Source of the DNA: Pristiophorus japonicus | Lineage: Eukaryota | DNA: 64,000 bases | Assembly: GCF_044704955.1 (NCBI RefSeq) | Contig: NC_091980.1 | Span: 13,206,001 to 13,270,000 of the forward strand | Direction of reading: 5' to 3' | In this document: positions 1 through 12,341 of the stretch, piece after piece | How positions within the stretch are numbered: position 1 is the stretch's first letter | Layout: the number at the start of each line of letters is the position of its first letter | Notes under the pieces: model-generated | Databases searched by the model: none | What the model was told of the DNA's origin: nothing | The model's input: only the letters and a program-made list of their open reading frames with translations | Program-made: the position numbers and the translations under genes

Positions 1-1361
1 ATGCAATAGATTTCATCTTCCAAAATTCACTAGATTCCAGAACGGTCCCAGCGCATTGGAAGATAGCAAAGCTGCTATTCAAGAAAGGAGGGAGCGAGAA
101 AACATGGAATTACAGATCAGTTAACCTGTCATTGGGAAAATGCTGGAATCCATTGTTAAGGAAGTGGTATCAGGGCATGTAGAAAATCGTAACATGATTA
201 GGCAGAGTCAACAAAGTTTTATGAAAGAGAAATCGTTTTTCACAAATTAGAGTTTTTGAGCAGGGTAGATAAAGATGTAGTATATTTGGATTTCCAAAAT
301 ACATTAGATGAGGTGCCACTTAAAAGATTATTACGCAAGATAAGACCTCGTGGGGTTGGGGGTAATATAGTAGCATGGACGGAGGTTTGCGTCACAGACA
401 GAAAACAGAGATTAGGGATAAACGGCTCATTTTCAGGTTGGCAAGCTGTAAGTGCTGGCTTGCTGCAAGGATCAGTGCTGGGGGCTCAGCTATTTACAAT
501 CTATATTAGTGACCTAAATGAAGGGACCGAGTGTAATTTATCCAAGTTGTTGATGATACATCGCTAGGTGGGTGTGTAAGTTATGAGGAGAACACAAAGA
601 GTCTGCAATGAGATATAGGTAGACTAACTGAGTGGATAGTAAGCTGGAAGATGGAGTATAATGTAGGAAATATGAGGTAATTCACTTTGGTAGGAAGAAT
701 AGAACAACAGAATATTTTTTAAAAGGTGAGAAACTTTCAAATGTTGGTGTTCAGAGAGATTTGCATGTACTTGTGCAAGAAACACAGAAAGTCAGCATGC
801 AGTTAAAGCAAGCAATAAGGAATGCAAATGGCATCTTTTATTGCAAGGGGGTTGGAGTATAAGTCATTCTTGCTATAATTGTAAAGGGCTTTGGGTAGAG
901 CATACCTGGAGAACTGTGCACAATTTTGATTTCATTATCTAAGGAAGGAAATACCTGACTTGGTGGCAGTGCAAAGAAGGTTCACTGCATTGATTTCTGG
1001 GATAAGAGGGCTATCTTATGATGAGAGATTGTGTAGAATCGGCCGATACTCTGCTGTTTAGAAAAATTAGAGGTGATCTCATTGAAAGATTCTGAAGTGG
1101 ATTGACAGGTAGATGCTGAGAGGTGGTTCCCCCTGGCTGCAGTGTCTAGAACGAGGAGTGCAGTCTTAGGATAAGGGGAAGGGTATTTATGACCGATATA
1201 AGGAGGAACGTCTTCATAGAGTGTTGTGAATCTTTCGAATTCTCTGCCCCAGAGGGCTGAGGATGCTGAGTCTTTGACTAATTTCAAGATTGAAATAGAT
1301 AGATTTTTGGAATCTGGGAGAATCAAGCGATATATTGATCGGGCAGGAAAGTGGAGTTGAG
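1..1361 (+). mobile_element. Degenerate CR1-clade LINE, ORF2 RT and C-terminal part, truncated by the window start
   Basis: ORF 256-567 has CR1 RT motifs (VVYLDFQ, QGSVLG.QLFTIYI). It is collinear with the near-intact CR1 at 12342-15438 and has many stops and frameshifts. Confidence 0.9.
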
Positions 1362-4300
1362 AAGAAAAGAACATAAGAATTACGAGCAGGAGTCGGCCAT
1401 CCGTCCCCTCGAATCTGCTCCGCCATTCGATAACATCATGGATGACCTTCTACCTCAAGTCCACTTTCCTGCAGTATCCTGATATCCCGTGATTCACTTA
1501 ATCTAAAAATCTATCAATCTCTGTCTTCAATATACTCAACGACTGAGAAACCACAGTCCTCTGGGGTAGAGAATTCCAAAGATTCACAAGCCTTTGAGTG
1601 AAGACATTTCTCCTCATTTCAGTTCTCAATGGCCGACCCGTTATTCTGAGATTGTCAACCCTGGTTCTAGACTCCCCAGCCAGAGGAAACATCCTCCTTG
1701 CATCTACCCTGTCAACGGCTGCAAGCATATTGCATGTTTCAATGATATCACCTCTCATTCTCTTATACTCTAGAGAATTTAGGCCTAGTCTACTCAATCT
1801 CTCCTCATAGGACAATCCCACCGTCCCAGGAATCAGTCTAGTGAACTCTCTCTATGGCAAGTATATCGTTGCTTCGGTATGAAGAACAATACTGTACACA
1901 ATACTGCAGGTGCAGTCTCACAAGGGCTCTATATAATTGTAGTAAGACGTCTTTACTCATATACTCAAATCCTCTCAAAGGCCAACATACCATTTGCATT
2001 CTTATTTACTTGCTGTACCTGCATGTATATTTCAGTGATTCGTGTACAAGGACAACCAGGTCACTCCGAACACCAAAATTTCCCAATCTCTCACCATTTA
2101 AAAGAAATGCTGCTTTTCTATTTTTCCTATCAAAATGGGTAACTTCACATTGTTCCACATTATATTCCATTTGCCATGTTCTTGCCAACTCACTTAGTCT
2201 GTCTATATCCCTTTGAAGGATATTTGTATCCTACTCACAACTTACATTCCCACCTAACTTTGTATCACAGAAAACTTGGATGTATTACATGTTGTCCCCT
2301 CATCCAAATCATTGATATAGATTGTGAATAGTTGGGGCCAAAGCAGCGTTCCTTGTGCTACCCTACTAGGTACAGGCTGCGTACCCCAAAATAAACTGTT
2401 TATTCCTACTCTTTGATTTCTATCCATTCACCAATCCTCAATCCATGCTTGTATATTGCTGCCAATCCCATGAGCCCTAATTTTGTTTAATAACCTCTTG
2501 TGTGGCACTGAATTCCTTCTGAAATTCCAAATGCACCACATCCACTGTTTCCCCTGTATCTATTCTTATAGGTACAACCTGTTCTAACAGATTTGTTAAA
2601 CATGATTTCCTTTTCATAAATCCGTATTGACTCTGCCCAATACTATTATTCTTATCTAAGTTCGTTGTTACCACATCTTTAATAATAGATTCTAACATTT
2701 CCCTACTACTGACGTCAGGCTAACTGCTCTGTAGTTCCCCATTTTCTCTCACCCTCCTTTCTTAAATATCGGGGTTACATTTGATACCATCCAATCTGTG
2801 GGAACCGTTTATAATGTATGGAATTTTGGAAGATGACAACCAATGCATCCATTATCTTGAAAGCCACCTCTCTCAAAACACTTGGATGTAGGACACCAGG
2901 TCCAGGGGATTTATCGGCTTTCCATAAATGTCCCATTAATTTTCCCAATGGTATTTTTTTATTAATACAAATTTCTTGCAGTTTCTCATTCTCGCTAGAC
3001 CCTTGGTTCTCCAATATTTCCGGGAGGCTTTTTTGCATCTTCTTCCATGAAAACAGACACAGTTTTTCTGGTTAATTACTCTGCCATTTCATTATTCCCC
3101 ATTATAATTTCTCCTTTCTCAGCCTGTAAGTGACCCACATTTACTTTTCCTAATCTTTTCCTTTTTACATAAATATAGAAGCTTTTAGTATAGTTTTTAT
3201 GTTTATTGCTAGTTTACTCATATTTTATTTCCCCTTGCTTTATCAATTTCTTGGTCCTCCTTTGCTGAGTTATAAAATCCTTCAAATCCTCAGGCTTACT
3301 GCTCTTCTTGAAAATATTATAAGCCTCTTTGACCAAATAATATCGTTAATTTATCTCATTCACCATGGTTGGACCACTTTCCTTGTGGAATTTTAGAGCC
3401 TTAAAGGAATGTATGTTTTTTTTAATTATGTATTAATTGTTTCAATGCTAGCCATTGCTTGTCTACCATCATACCGTGTAATGCAGTTTCCCACCTCACA
3501 CCTTCGTGGTTTGCTTTGTTTTGATTTAAAACCTTAGTTTTGGATTGAACTGAATCACTTTCAAATGGGAATTAATTCGCACTCCCCATAGATGCATATG
3601 AGGTGCACATGCACCTGTGGAATACCCGGAATTTCCGGGTTTAGGTATGCATAGCCTTGACATCTCTTGATAGACCCATTGCATCCAGAAATAAAGGGCC
3701 TTCGCGGGCATAGAGTAGTACTATTTGCCCAACTTGTGCCCAGCAAATGTCATTCAAATTCTGACAGCTGATGAAAGCAGGCATCAGTCCAGCTTTTTAT
3801 CAGCGTAAGACTTTTAAAGTACAGAACAACACATTTTAATATAATTGTAACATTTAAAACCATGTTAAATAAGGTAAGTTTACTTTTAAATACTTTAAAA
3901 TATATTAAAAAATTGAATTATATTTTTCTTTTAAATAAATAATTACATTCAATTTTTGTTAATTTGAAATATGTGGTGTTTTTTTTAAGTTATTTTCAGT
4001 GTTTCTGTATATTTGCGGGTATTCCCATTAATATTTATGGTGGTTCCGTATGTATGGAACTCACATAAGTATGAATGGGGATCCCCCTAATCTGATAGGT
4101 TGGGCTGGCCCAAGTGATTCCAATGATGCGTACAAAATCCACATATGTGCTTCCAGGAATGCATTCACGTAGAGTCCCAGGAAATCTCTGAACCTCCGGT
4201 ACCATCATGTACTTCAATAGAAATTGTTGCAGGGCCATTATAAAATGCGACCATTTTATAGTCACACTTCTCTAAAGACCTCTTTACTAGAAAGTTATTG

Positions 4301-4685
4301 ATTAACCCTTTGTCATTGCACAAGCCTAAACTTAAAATAGCCTGTTCCCAAGTTGGTTCCTCAACATACTGATCTAGAAAACCATCTGACATACATTCCA
4401 TGAATTTGTCGTCCACACTATTACAGAAAATTTGGTTTGCCCAGTCTATATGTATATTAATGTCCCCCATGATTATTGTATTATCCTTTGTAAAATGCAC
4501 CTATAATTTCCTGATTTAAACTGTGCCCTACATTACCACTACTGCTTGGGGACCTAAAACAATTCCCACCAATGTTTTCTGCCACTTGCTGTTTTTTTTT
4601 AGCTCCATCCAAACGGTTTTTACTTCTTGATTTTATAAGCTAAGATGCTTTCGCTCTACTGTCTTTATCCCATCCTTTTTTATCG
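1362..4685 (-). mobile_element. Degenerate CR1 LINE (endonuclease remnant, RT, 3' UTR), interrupted at about 3567-4238
   Basis: Minus ORFs 1498-1821, 2006-2188, 2477-2698, 2775-3038 and 4165-4500 (IIMGDINIHIDW, APE endonuclease) match CR1 ORF2. A reverse-complement 3' tail (aagaacataagaa) lies at about 1367. Confidence 0.9.
3567..4238. mobile_element. Unclassified hairpin-rich insertion nested in the CR1 (MITE-like)
   Basis: CR1 homology stops near 3566 and resumes near 4239. The insert has an AT-rich core and palindromes at 3601-3616, 3625-3639, 3767-3804 and 4017-4086. No clear TIR or TSD. Confidence 0.55.
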
Positions 4686-4928
4686 GGAATTGTGGTTCTG
4701 TGGAATTCGCTGCCTCAGAGAGCTATGGAAGCTGGGACATTGAAGAAATTTAAGACAGAAATAGACAGTTTCTTGAATGATAAGGGAATAAGGGGTTATG
4801 GAGAGCGGGCTGGCAAGTGGACCTGGGTGCATGATCAGATCAGCCATGATCGTATTAAATGCCAGAGCAGGCTCGAGGGACCGTATGGCCTTCTCCTGCT
4901 CCTATTGCTTATGTTCTTATGTTCTTAT
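4686..4928 (+). mobile_element. 5'-truncated CR1 3' end with (CTTATGTT)n tail
   Basis: LWNSLPQR...GIRGYGERAGKW ORF2 C-terminus followed by cttatgttcttatgttctta. Confidence 0.9.
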
Positions 4929-4929
4929 T

Positions 4930-5140
4930 AGTCCCTATGAGTGATGCTTTGAACTGAGTTCCAAATTAGAGGCAGCATTGTGCAGTGGCATTGCACCCAC
5001 TCGTAACTGTGATTCGTCTGATGAAGTTCAGTTCAGATCAAATTCTTAAAACTGGAAGAAACAAAAAAAAGTCTTCCCAGCAATAATGGTTGAATTTTCA
5101 TCTATATCCGAAGAGATAATGTGCTAATTCACTCTGCCAT
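4930..5140 (-). mobile_element. LF-SINE-like element, partial (unit copy 1)
   Basis: Paralogous to 15590-15935, 27555-27885, 37240-37585 and 45550-45880, whose minus strands carry LF-SINE-like blocks. Family assigned from recalled consensus, not from a search. Confidence 0.55.
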
Positions 5141-5477
5141 CGATTCCATAAAATTGGTCTCTTCAGCAGCAGGCAGTGGTCCAACTGTGCACTGTCACAG
5201 AACCACTATCGTGCCAAGCATAATATTTAAATGATTTTGGATGTAATCACCGAAGCTTTAACGAAAAGAATTGAGTTGATGGATAAGTGTAGAGTGAATT
5301 GAGATGAGTATTTTAAACTATTTGCAATGGGTTCTTCTTTGGTGCATTTTGAAAATATTACTGTCAGACTATTCTTGAAAAACAGCATAGCGCAATAATG
5401 GAAAGCTCCGAAGTAAAATAATAAAATAATGCTTGAATTTTTTGAATACATGCAATCGATTCAGACAAAGGATTGCA

Positions 5478-5580
5478 CGGACATTCCAGCATTAAGATTT
5501 GCTGAGTAGAGTAATTTGTTAAATTTACGAGTTATTTTTTATTCACAAAACCGAAGCTGAAATGTAATGGAGATCATTAC
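5478..5580 (+). promoter_or_regulatory. Decayed Pcdh promoter of relic exon R1
   Basis: gacattccagcattaaga...ttgttaaattt...gaagctgaaatgtaatggagatc aligns with the live promoters, but the CCAAT boxes are mutated. Confidence 0.55.
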
Positions 5581-5744
5581 AAGGCACTTTTATCAATTCG
5601 CACTACTAAATACATTACAAAACTAAATGGCAAGGTGCGCAATATTTCACAGAATTTTTTCGTGTAGGAATCTAATGTCTTGCAGAAACTGACAGAAATA
5701 ATCATTTCAGCTTTCGAAACGCTGTAATTTGCGGGGAGAAAAGC

Positions 5745-6700
5745 TTATTGTTGTGCAGCTGAACAGTGCTATGAGACCTATTACACCAGCACCAACAGTT
5801 TAGCTCCATATCCTCTGGCATTTATTACCACCTCATCTCAGAGGAGAAGCAGCAATAATCGAAGAACAAAACACCGCTCTTACAGACTCAGATCTGCCTA
5901 CTGATGATCGAAACATAGAAACATAGAAAATAGATGCAGGAGTAGGCCATTCGGCCCTTCGAGCCTGCACCGCCATTTATGAAGATCATGGCTGATCATT
6001 CCCTCAGTACCCCTTTCCTGCTTTCTCTCCATACCCCTTGATCCCCTTAGCCATAAAGGCCATATCTAACTCCCACTTGAATATATCCAATGAACTGGCA
6101 TCAACAACTCTCTGCTGAAGGGAATTCCATAGGTTAACAACTCTCTGAGTGAAGAAGTTTCTCCTCATCTCAGTCCGAAATGGCCTACTCCTTATCTTAA
6201 GACTATGTCCCCTGGTTCTGGACTTTCCCAACATCGGGAACATTTTTCCCGCATCTAACCTGTCCAGCCCCGTCAGAATCTTATATGTTTCTATGAGATC
6301 CCCTCTCATCCTCCTAAACTCCAGTGAATAAAGGCTCAGTTGATCCAGTCTCTCCAAAAACGCTCAAGATGCCGCCTTCCATCAAAGAACCATACCTGCC
6401 TAGCGACTGAAACTTTTAAAACATTAGAATGCTCACCTAAATGCAAGGTAGCAGATGATGTGGAATACCAGCGGGGCAGGAATTAAGAGCTGATCATGAA
6501 CCATTTGGATAACCCACCTGGCTTCACAATGTCACGTAAAATATGGATCACTCTGACCTGCATCACAACTTCAAATGGACGTAGCAATGTTACATTATTA
6601 AAAGTTGAACTGTAGCCTGTTGTGCCACTGTGGAGAGACTGTTCAAAACATGGGAGAGATTTTTGGACCATGGCTAACGATGATACTTCCTCAAAGGAAT
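5745..6700 (+). mobile_element. Ancient non-CR1 LINE 3' fragment (Ingi/Vingi-like), interrupted by the CR1 at 5910-6352
   Basis: Remnant peptides PPHLR.EAA, SDLP, PGFTMSRKIWITL and LLCHCGET resemble I-superfamily LINE C-termini. Paralogous to three other copies. Confidence 0.55.
5910..6352 (-). mobile_element. Young 5'-truncated CR1 with (TTCTATGT)n tail
   Basis: Minus ORF 6004-6357 is the CR1 C-terminus; tail gaaacatagaaacatagaa at 5910. The paralogous site near 28660 is empty. Confidence 0.92.
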
Positions 6701-6849
6701 ATATTCGTGTCACCTGAGGCCATTCAGTCAATTACATCTTGTAGGTCCACATTTACTGTTGCGATGCAAACTGTCTTAAGAAAGAAAGATAACTGAATAG
6801 TGGATACTGTACCGAAGCATTTGGAGCGCAGTTACTGTAAATGAATAGA

Positions 6850-7110
6850 TTAGAATAAGTGCATTTTTAAAATGACAACAGCTATGGTTTATGCTCACTT
6901 GCTGATACTTAGATCATGGACAAATTTGTAACTAAATTACTGAAAACTAAAGGGTGGCTATGTTCGGGATATATTTCCCAGTCAGATTAGACGACCGTTG
7001 TTTGACTCACCCAACGGAACTCTGATAACCACAGTAAATGCAACTGATTTTGGTGATAGTTCCAATGGATAGATAGCGTACTTTTTCGGGAACCAACCTT
7101 CCGATTGAAT
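6850..7110 (+). pseudogene. Relic protocadherin exon R1 (signal peptide/EC1 start fused by deletion to EC3 start)
   Basis: ttccccagtcag...cccaacggaactctgataacc...aatgcaactgattt...tccaatgga matches FPQS..PKGTLVI.LNATDLD.GSNG of the intact exons. The 5' part matches relics R2-R5. Confidence 0.65.
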
Positions 7111-7114
7111 GAGT

Positions 7115-7375
7115 GAACTGGAAGCATAGCAACAAGAGTCATCAATTCAGTCCCTCGAGCCCACTCCGCTATTCAATTAGATCACGATAATCTGTACCTC
7201 AACCCCATTTACCCGCCTTAGCCCCTAATAAAACTTTATAGATAACATTCGTATTATCTCCATTTCGCGCAGTAGCCACAGCCTTTTGTTGAGATAATAC
7301 CACATTTCTGTTAACATTTTTGTGGAAAAATACTTCTTGATTTCTCTCCGAAAAGGCGCAGCTCTAATTTTATAA
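7115..7375 (-). mobile_element. Degenerate CR1 3' end truncating relic R1
   Basis: attcagtccctcgagccc...attcaattagatc is a reverse CR1 3' UTR. The same element is at about 41315 and, as a remnant, at about 19265. Confidence 0.65.
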
Positions 7376-7779
7376 TTCAGTACACGTAAGCATCAGTTGT
7401 ACCTGTAATTACCAGAGCTGTACCACCTCTATAATTATTATTTGGTAAAAGGAGAACTTCATGAAATTAACATTTCATTCAAATATATTTCCTTACAAAA
7501 TGTTAATATCGGGTCCAATAAGTCGGCTTTAAAACTGTGATTACTGCGAAGTGCAGTGGAGTTGCCAGGCACAAGATTAAATTGGATTTGATGCTTTTGA
7601 ATTTATCTTTCAGCAGCCCATTTAAGGTTTTAACAAATCCTCAGCGAATATACACTAAAATAAGTGCATTTTAGGATTTCCTTGGTACTTTAACCTAATT
7701 ACGTAGGCTATTAACTGATATTAAACGAAACGTTTGCAGAGAAATGTAATTCACAACACTTTTTGAAAACAATGTTTAG

Positions 7780-7948
7780 TTGCATTTTTGGTTGAACCAC
7801 CATAAATGTGAAATCGAAGCAGAGATTTTCCGAGACATTCCAGCTTTAAGAAATCTCGTAAAACTGATTGGACATGTGTGATTATGTTCCATCCACCAAT
7901 CAGAAACTGCAATGTTACAGAAGATCCTGACTGCCCCATTTCCTTCCC
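7780..7948 (+). promoter_or_regulatory. Pcdh promoter module of the pseudo-exon at 8183 (partly decayed)
   Basis: CTGATTGG-24nt-CCAATCAG is intact. The third box and C-rich box are altered (gttacaga, ctgccccattt) relative to the other four copies. Confidence 0.7.
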
Positions 7949-8182
7949 ACCCACCACCCACTCAATACTGAACGTCGGGCAGTGAGCCTTGTAAACGGTT
8001 TTGCATCCGAATCCAATGGTGATTTTTCGCAAAAATAAAAAGATCGGAACAGAGAAATCTCCAGATTTCTAAACCCACAGGTATTTTTAGTGTTCTGCTA
8101 ATTTCACTTGGAAAATATAAGCTGCTTAATTCGAAGCAATTAGCGAATCAAGCTGAAACAATTGGGATGCTTTGTGCTGGAA

Positions 8183-10623
8183 ATGATATATGAACGACAC
8201 TGGCGGTTAAAATGGTCACTGTTGTACTGTGTATGCTTCTTCTGGGTTCTAATCCCTGGACAGATTCGATATTCAATGCCTGAAGAGCTACAACTGGGTG
8301 CCTTTGTTGGGAATATCGCAGTCGATTTGGGTTCAGACATAAAGGAGCTCTCAGCTCGCAGTTTTCGGATTGTGCCTGGATCCACGAAGCAGAATTTTGA
8401 CGTAAATTTGATCAATGGTAATTTATTTGTAAAGGAAAGAATTGATAGGGAACAGCTCTGTGGGTCGAGCGCGACGTGTGTTATCTTTAGAAACGGTGAT
8501 CGAACATCCTTTCAATCTATACGATGTTGAAGTGGAGATTTTGGATGTAAACGATAATGCTCCGACATTTCCACAAAGCCAGTTCCGCCTTGAAATCTCA
8601 GAGATGGATGCAACTGGAACGCGCTATCCTCTTGAGTGCGCTCACGACCCAGACGTAGGAACCAACTCATTGCAATCATCCCAGCTAGCTGCAAACGATT
8701 ACTTCACTTTAAATTTAGAACGCCGAAATGGGAATACCGATGTGCCAGTGTTAGTTTTTAAAAGACCATTTGATCGAGAAAAGACATCTAATCAGAGGTT
8801 GGTGCTTACTGCCAAAGACGGCGGGATTCCTGAGAGGTCCGGCACTGCACAAATATTAATCAGTGTATAAGATGTGAACCAGAACGCGCCTGTGTTCCCT
8901 CAGTCAGTTTATGGTGTCAGTCTGTTGGAAAATATTGCCAAAGGAACATTGGTGATCAACATAAATGCCACTAATTTAGATGACGGTTCTAATGGAGATT
9001 TTATGTATTCTTTCACGAGCCATAACTCTGTTAGTGTCCGTGAGCTGTTTACTGTAGATTTTAAACCGGTGAAATCAGAGTCAAGGGAAATTTAAACTAT
9101 GAAGAGAACAGTGTTTTTGAGATCAATGTACAAGCAATAGACAAGGGACCGTACGCAATTCCTCTTTATTGTCATGTACTAGTTGGGATTGTTGATATAA
9201 ATGATAACGCTCCTGCGGTGACTGTCTCTACTTGGTTCAGTCCAATCCCTGAAAACTCGGGGGCCGGGACTGTTGTAGCTCTAATCAGTGCAACAGACAA
9301 AGATTCAGGAGAAAATGGCCGTGTATATTGTCAAGTCATAAATAACGTTCCTTTTTAATTGGATTCATCCTCCAAGAGACATTTAACATTGCGTACACAA
9401 CAGGTAATTGACCGTGAAAATACCTCGAGGTACGCAGTCACCGTACTATGCAGTGATTCAAGGTCTCCTCCTCTCACATCCAAGAAAGTCGGAGGTTTCC
9501 GATATAAATGATAACGTGCCCCGCTTTGCACAGCCTTTATATACTGCTTACGTGATGGAGAACAATGTTATTGGAGCGTCTATATTCTCAGTGACAGCTT
9601 TTGATCCAGATTTAAACCACAACTCGCGGCTAAACTATTCCATCGAGGCGACTCAGATTCATGGCGAGTCAGTGTTCAATTACGTCTACATCCAATCAGA
9701 AAAGGGGAATGGTATTTTCTCAAAGATCTTTTGACTACGAGAGATTCAAAACATTTCAGATCCAAGTTCATGTTACCGACTTTGGAGTCCCACCACTCTC
9801 CAGCAATGCCTCGGTGGAGGTGATTATCCTTGATCAGAATGACAATGCTCCGGTGAGCGTGCATCCATTGTCCGAGTACGGATCGACAGTAACAGAGACA
9901 GTATCTCGATTCGCAGAACCTGGCTATCTAGTTGCCAAGGTGTCGGCCACTGATGCCGACTCTGGCCAGAATTCTCGCCTCTCTTACCAAATTCTCCAGA
10001 CGCCTGACCCTGGACTTTACCATTTCACCAGATACAGGCGAAATCTGGACAATCCGTGGCATTATGAGCAAAGACGGAACAAAACAAAGATTGGTCATCG
10101 GTGCAAAAGATAATGGTTCACCGCAGCTTCAGCCTCAATGACAGTCATCTTATCACTGACAAGCGGTGATCCGGATATGCTTTCCGACGTGAGCAGTGTG
10201 TCTGAGGATCCTGGGTCCTTTGCCGACATCAACCTTTTGTTAGTCGTATCGTTAGGCATAACCTCATCTATTTTTCTCGCGGTTTTAATTATCCTCGCCA
10301 TTAAAATTCATAAAAACAGAAACCGGTTTGCTGCCCATAATGGTTATCTGGACACCTGTTGTTGCTTAGAAGCATGAAATTCGTTAAATGGAATTCAAAA
10401 AACCAGCAGAAATCTTGTAATAGTTCCGAACTGTGTCGAAGTGTTTGGGGGCGATGCACTTTCTCAAAGCTTCCGCTATGACACGTGTTCGACTTCCGGT
10501 ACGACCAAGAGCGCCACCATGTTTCCTAACATGTCCAGGTCATCAACACGCAAGAGCAACGTCACGAGAGGGAATGAAGCAGTTCTCCGGAATTTAAACT
10601 GCACGAACTCTGTAAACAGTGAG
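8183..10623 (+). pseudogene. Clustered protocadherin variable exon, pseudogene
   Basis: Collinear with 19999-22455 over its full length, but with frameshifts (about 8480, 9065, 9490, 9710, 10017) and stops (8868, about 9356, 10375). Donor GAG|GTAAGA at 10623/10624. Confidence 0.93.
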
Positions 10624-11149
10624 GTAAGATGCTACTGAAAACAATAACACTCTAAAGTTTGATTTTGATGTATAGAAATCCGCTGAAGTATTGTAACACA
10701 AGGTCCCGTCTATATCTAGCTGATGGCAGAGTAATGGCAGATACGAGTAATACACAGCTGAAATTATTTTTGGTACTTCTGTTCATACTAGTTGCGCATA
10801 AACAAGGCACCGTTCGAATTTTAAATTGAGAATTCTAGATGAAGGGTCAAAGGCCGTAGTATAGAGTAGAACCAAACTTAAAAGTATTTGTTAAAATGAG
10901 ACTTGGCTTTCGACACCAAGTTTGGATTTTCGTAGTTTGCAATAGCAGACAGAATGTAGACTCAACACATTTCACACCACTGACGTTCTGCGGGAGAATG
11001 AGTTAGAGTAGCAGACGATGCCACTGATCTGAAATCGGAAAGAAGAACGAGTGCCAGTTATGTACCTGCAGTTTAGCAGAAGCAAGCAAATAATTAGAGC
11101 ACTAAATAAGCGCAGCTTTTTGGATACAGTTAATAGAAAAGGTATGATG

Positions 11150-11990
11150 AACATAGGGACAGCAGGAGGCCATCACCACCTCAGCCTATATCGCCATTCA
11201 ATTAGCATATGTATCTTCTGTATCTTCGCTGCATCTACCAGCCCCGCTTCATAACCTTTAATTCGCTTGCATAATAAAAATATATCGATCTCAGTTTTGA
11301 ACGTTTCAATTGAGCTTCCTCAAAAGTTTTTTGGGGAGAGAGTTCCAGATTGTGCTGGAAAGTGCTTTCTGGCATCACTCTTAAACAGCCTAACTCAAAC
11401 TTTCCATTGTATTGCCCTTTGTACTGGACCCTGCCACCAGAGTAAATAGTGTCTAGATGCCGACTCTATCAAGCACGATAATCTTCTTAAGGACTTCAAT
11501 TAGACCACAACTTAATCTTCTATATGCAAGTGAATACAAGACGAGGCAATGCAAGTTTTCCTCATAACTTAATCCTTTAAATCCAATTCTAGTAAACCTG
11601 CGCTGTACCCATTCCAAGGCCAATATTTCGATGCTGATGTGCGGTGCACACTCTGATGGGGGTCTAACCAAAGCACTGTAAAGCTGCAACATAAATTCCA
11701 CCGTTTTGTATTCAGGCCCTCTTGAGATAAAGGTCAACATTCCATTCATCTTTATTTTAGTTTTTGTACCTCTCCTTGTTTTAATGATTTCTGGACTGGG
11801 ATCCCTAATGCTTTCTGCTCATCTACAGCTCCTAACTTGCTACCCTTTACAAAATACTCTGATCTATCTGTCATATGTCCACAGTAGACGACCCACAATT
11901 TAACACATTGAACTCCACCTGCTACAGTTTTACCCTCTCACTTAACCTACCAATATCCGTTGCAATTTTCTGCTCCCATTTACACTATTT
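11150..11990 (-). mobile_element. Old CR1 3' portion, shared with paralogous introns
   Basis: Minus ORF 11453-11749 (LQLYSALVRP...VQRRFTR). Equivalent copies at about 22990-23760 and 33015-33920. Confidence 0.8.
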
Positions 11991-12341
11991 ACTGCATAAG
12001 ATAGTGTAAATCTAGAAGATCACGGGGAGAAGAACGTTTGAGATAAGGACCACCTATCCGACAACAGGTTTTTGGGGATGAATATTCTTTTGTCCAAACG
12101 ATACATTTGAATTCATTCATACGTATTTTTACGAATTCATTCAATGGCTTACCAGAACCATAAGATCATGCCCTAACACGAGCTAGCTGTCCTTTGTTAC
12201 AGGCTGGTAGTAGTTGGTAAAAGTGGTGATTAATTGTAAAACTGCCAAAGGTAAGGACGGATTTGCAAATATTAGTAAATTGCTGATTATACTAAGCATA
12301 TAGTGTATTACTGGTGCCAAATTTGATCTTTGCAGAAGTTG

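Noticed and set aside
3765-3805. CTGATGA as a hammerhead core
   Set aside because: No downstream GAAA in a compatible stem arrangement; it is one arm of a simple inverted repeat.
8074-8090. CAG|GTA possible splice donor in the 5' UTR (also about 19885 and 53943)
   Set aside because: Not retained before exons 42093 and 61906, and the intronic consensus is weak. It cannot be supported without transcript data.
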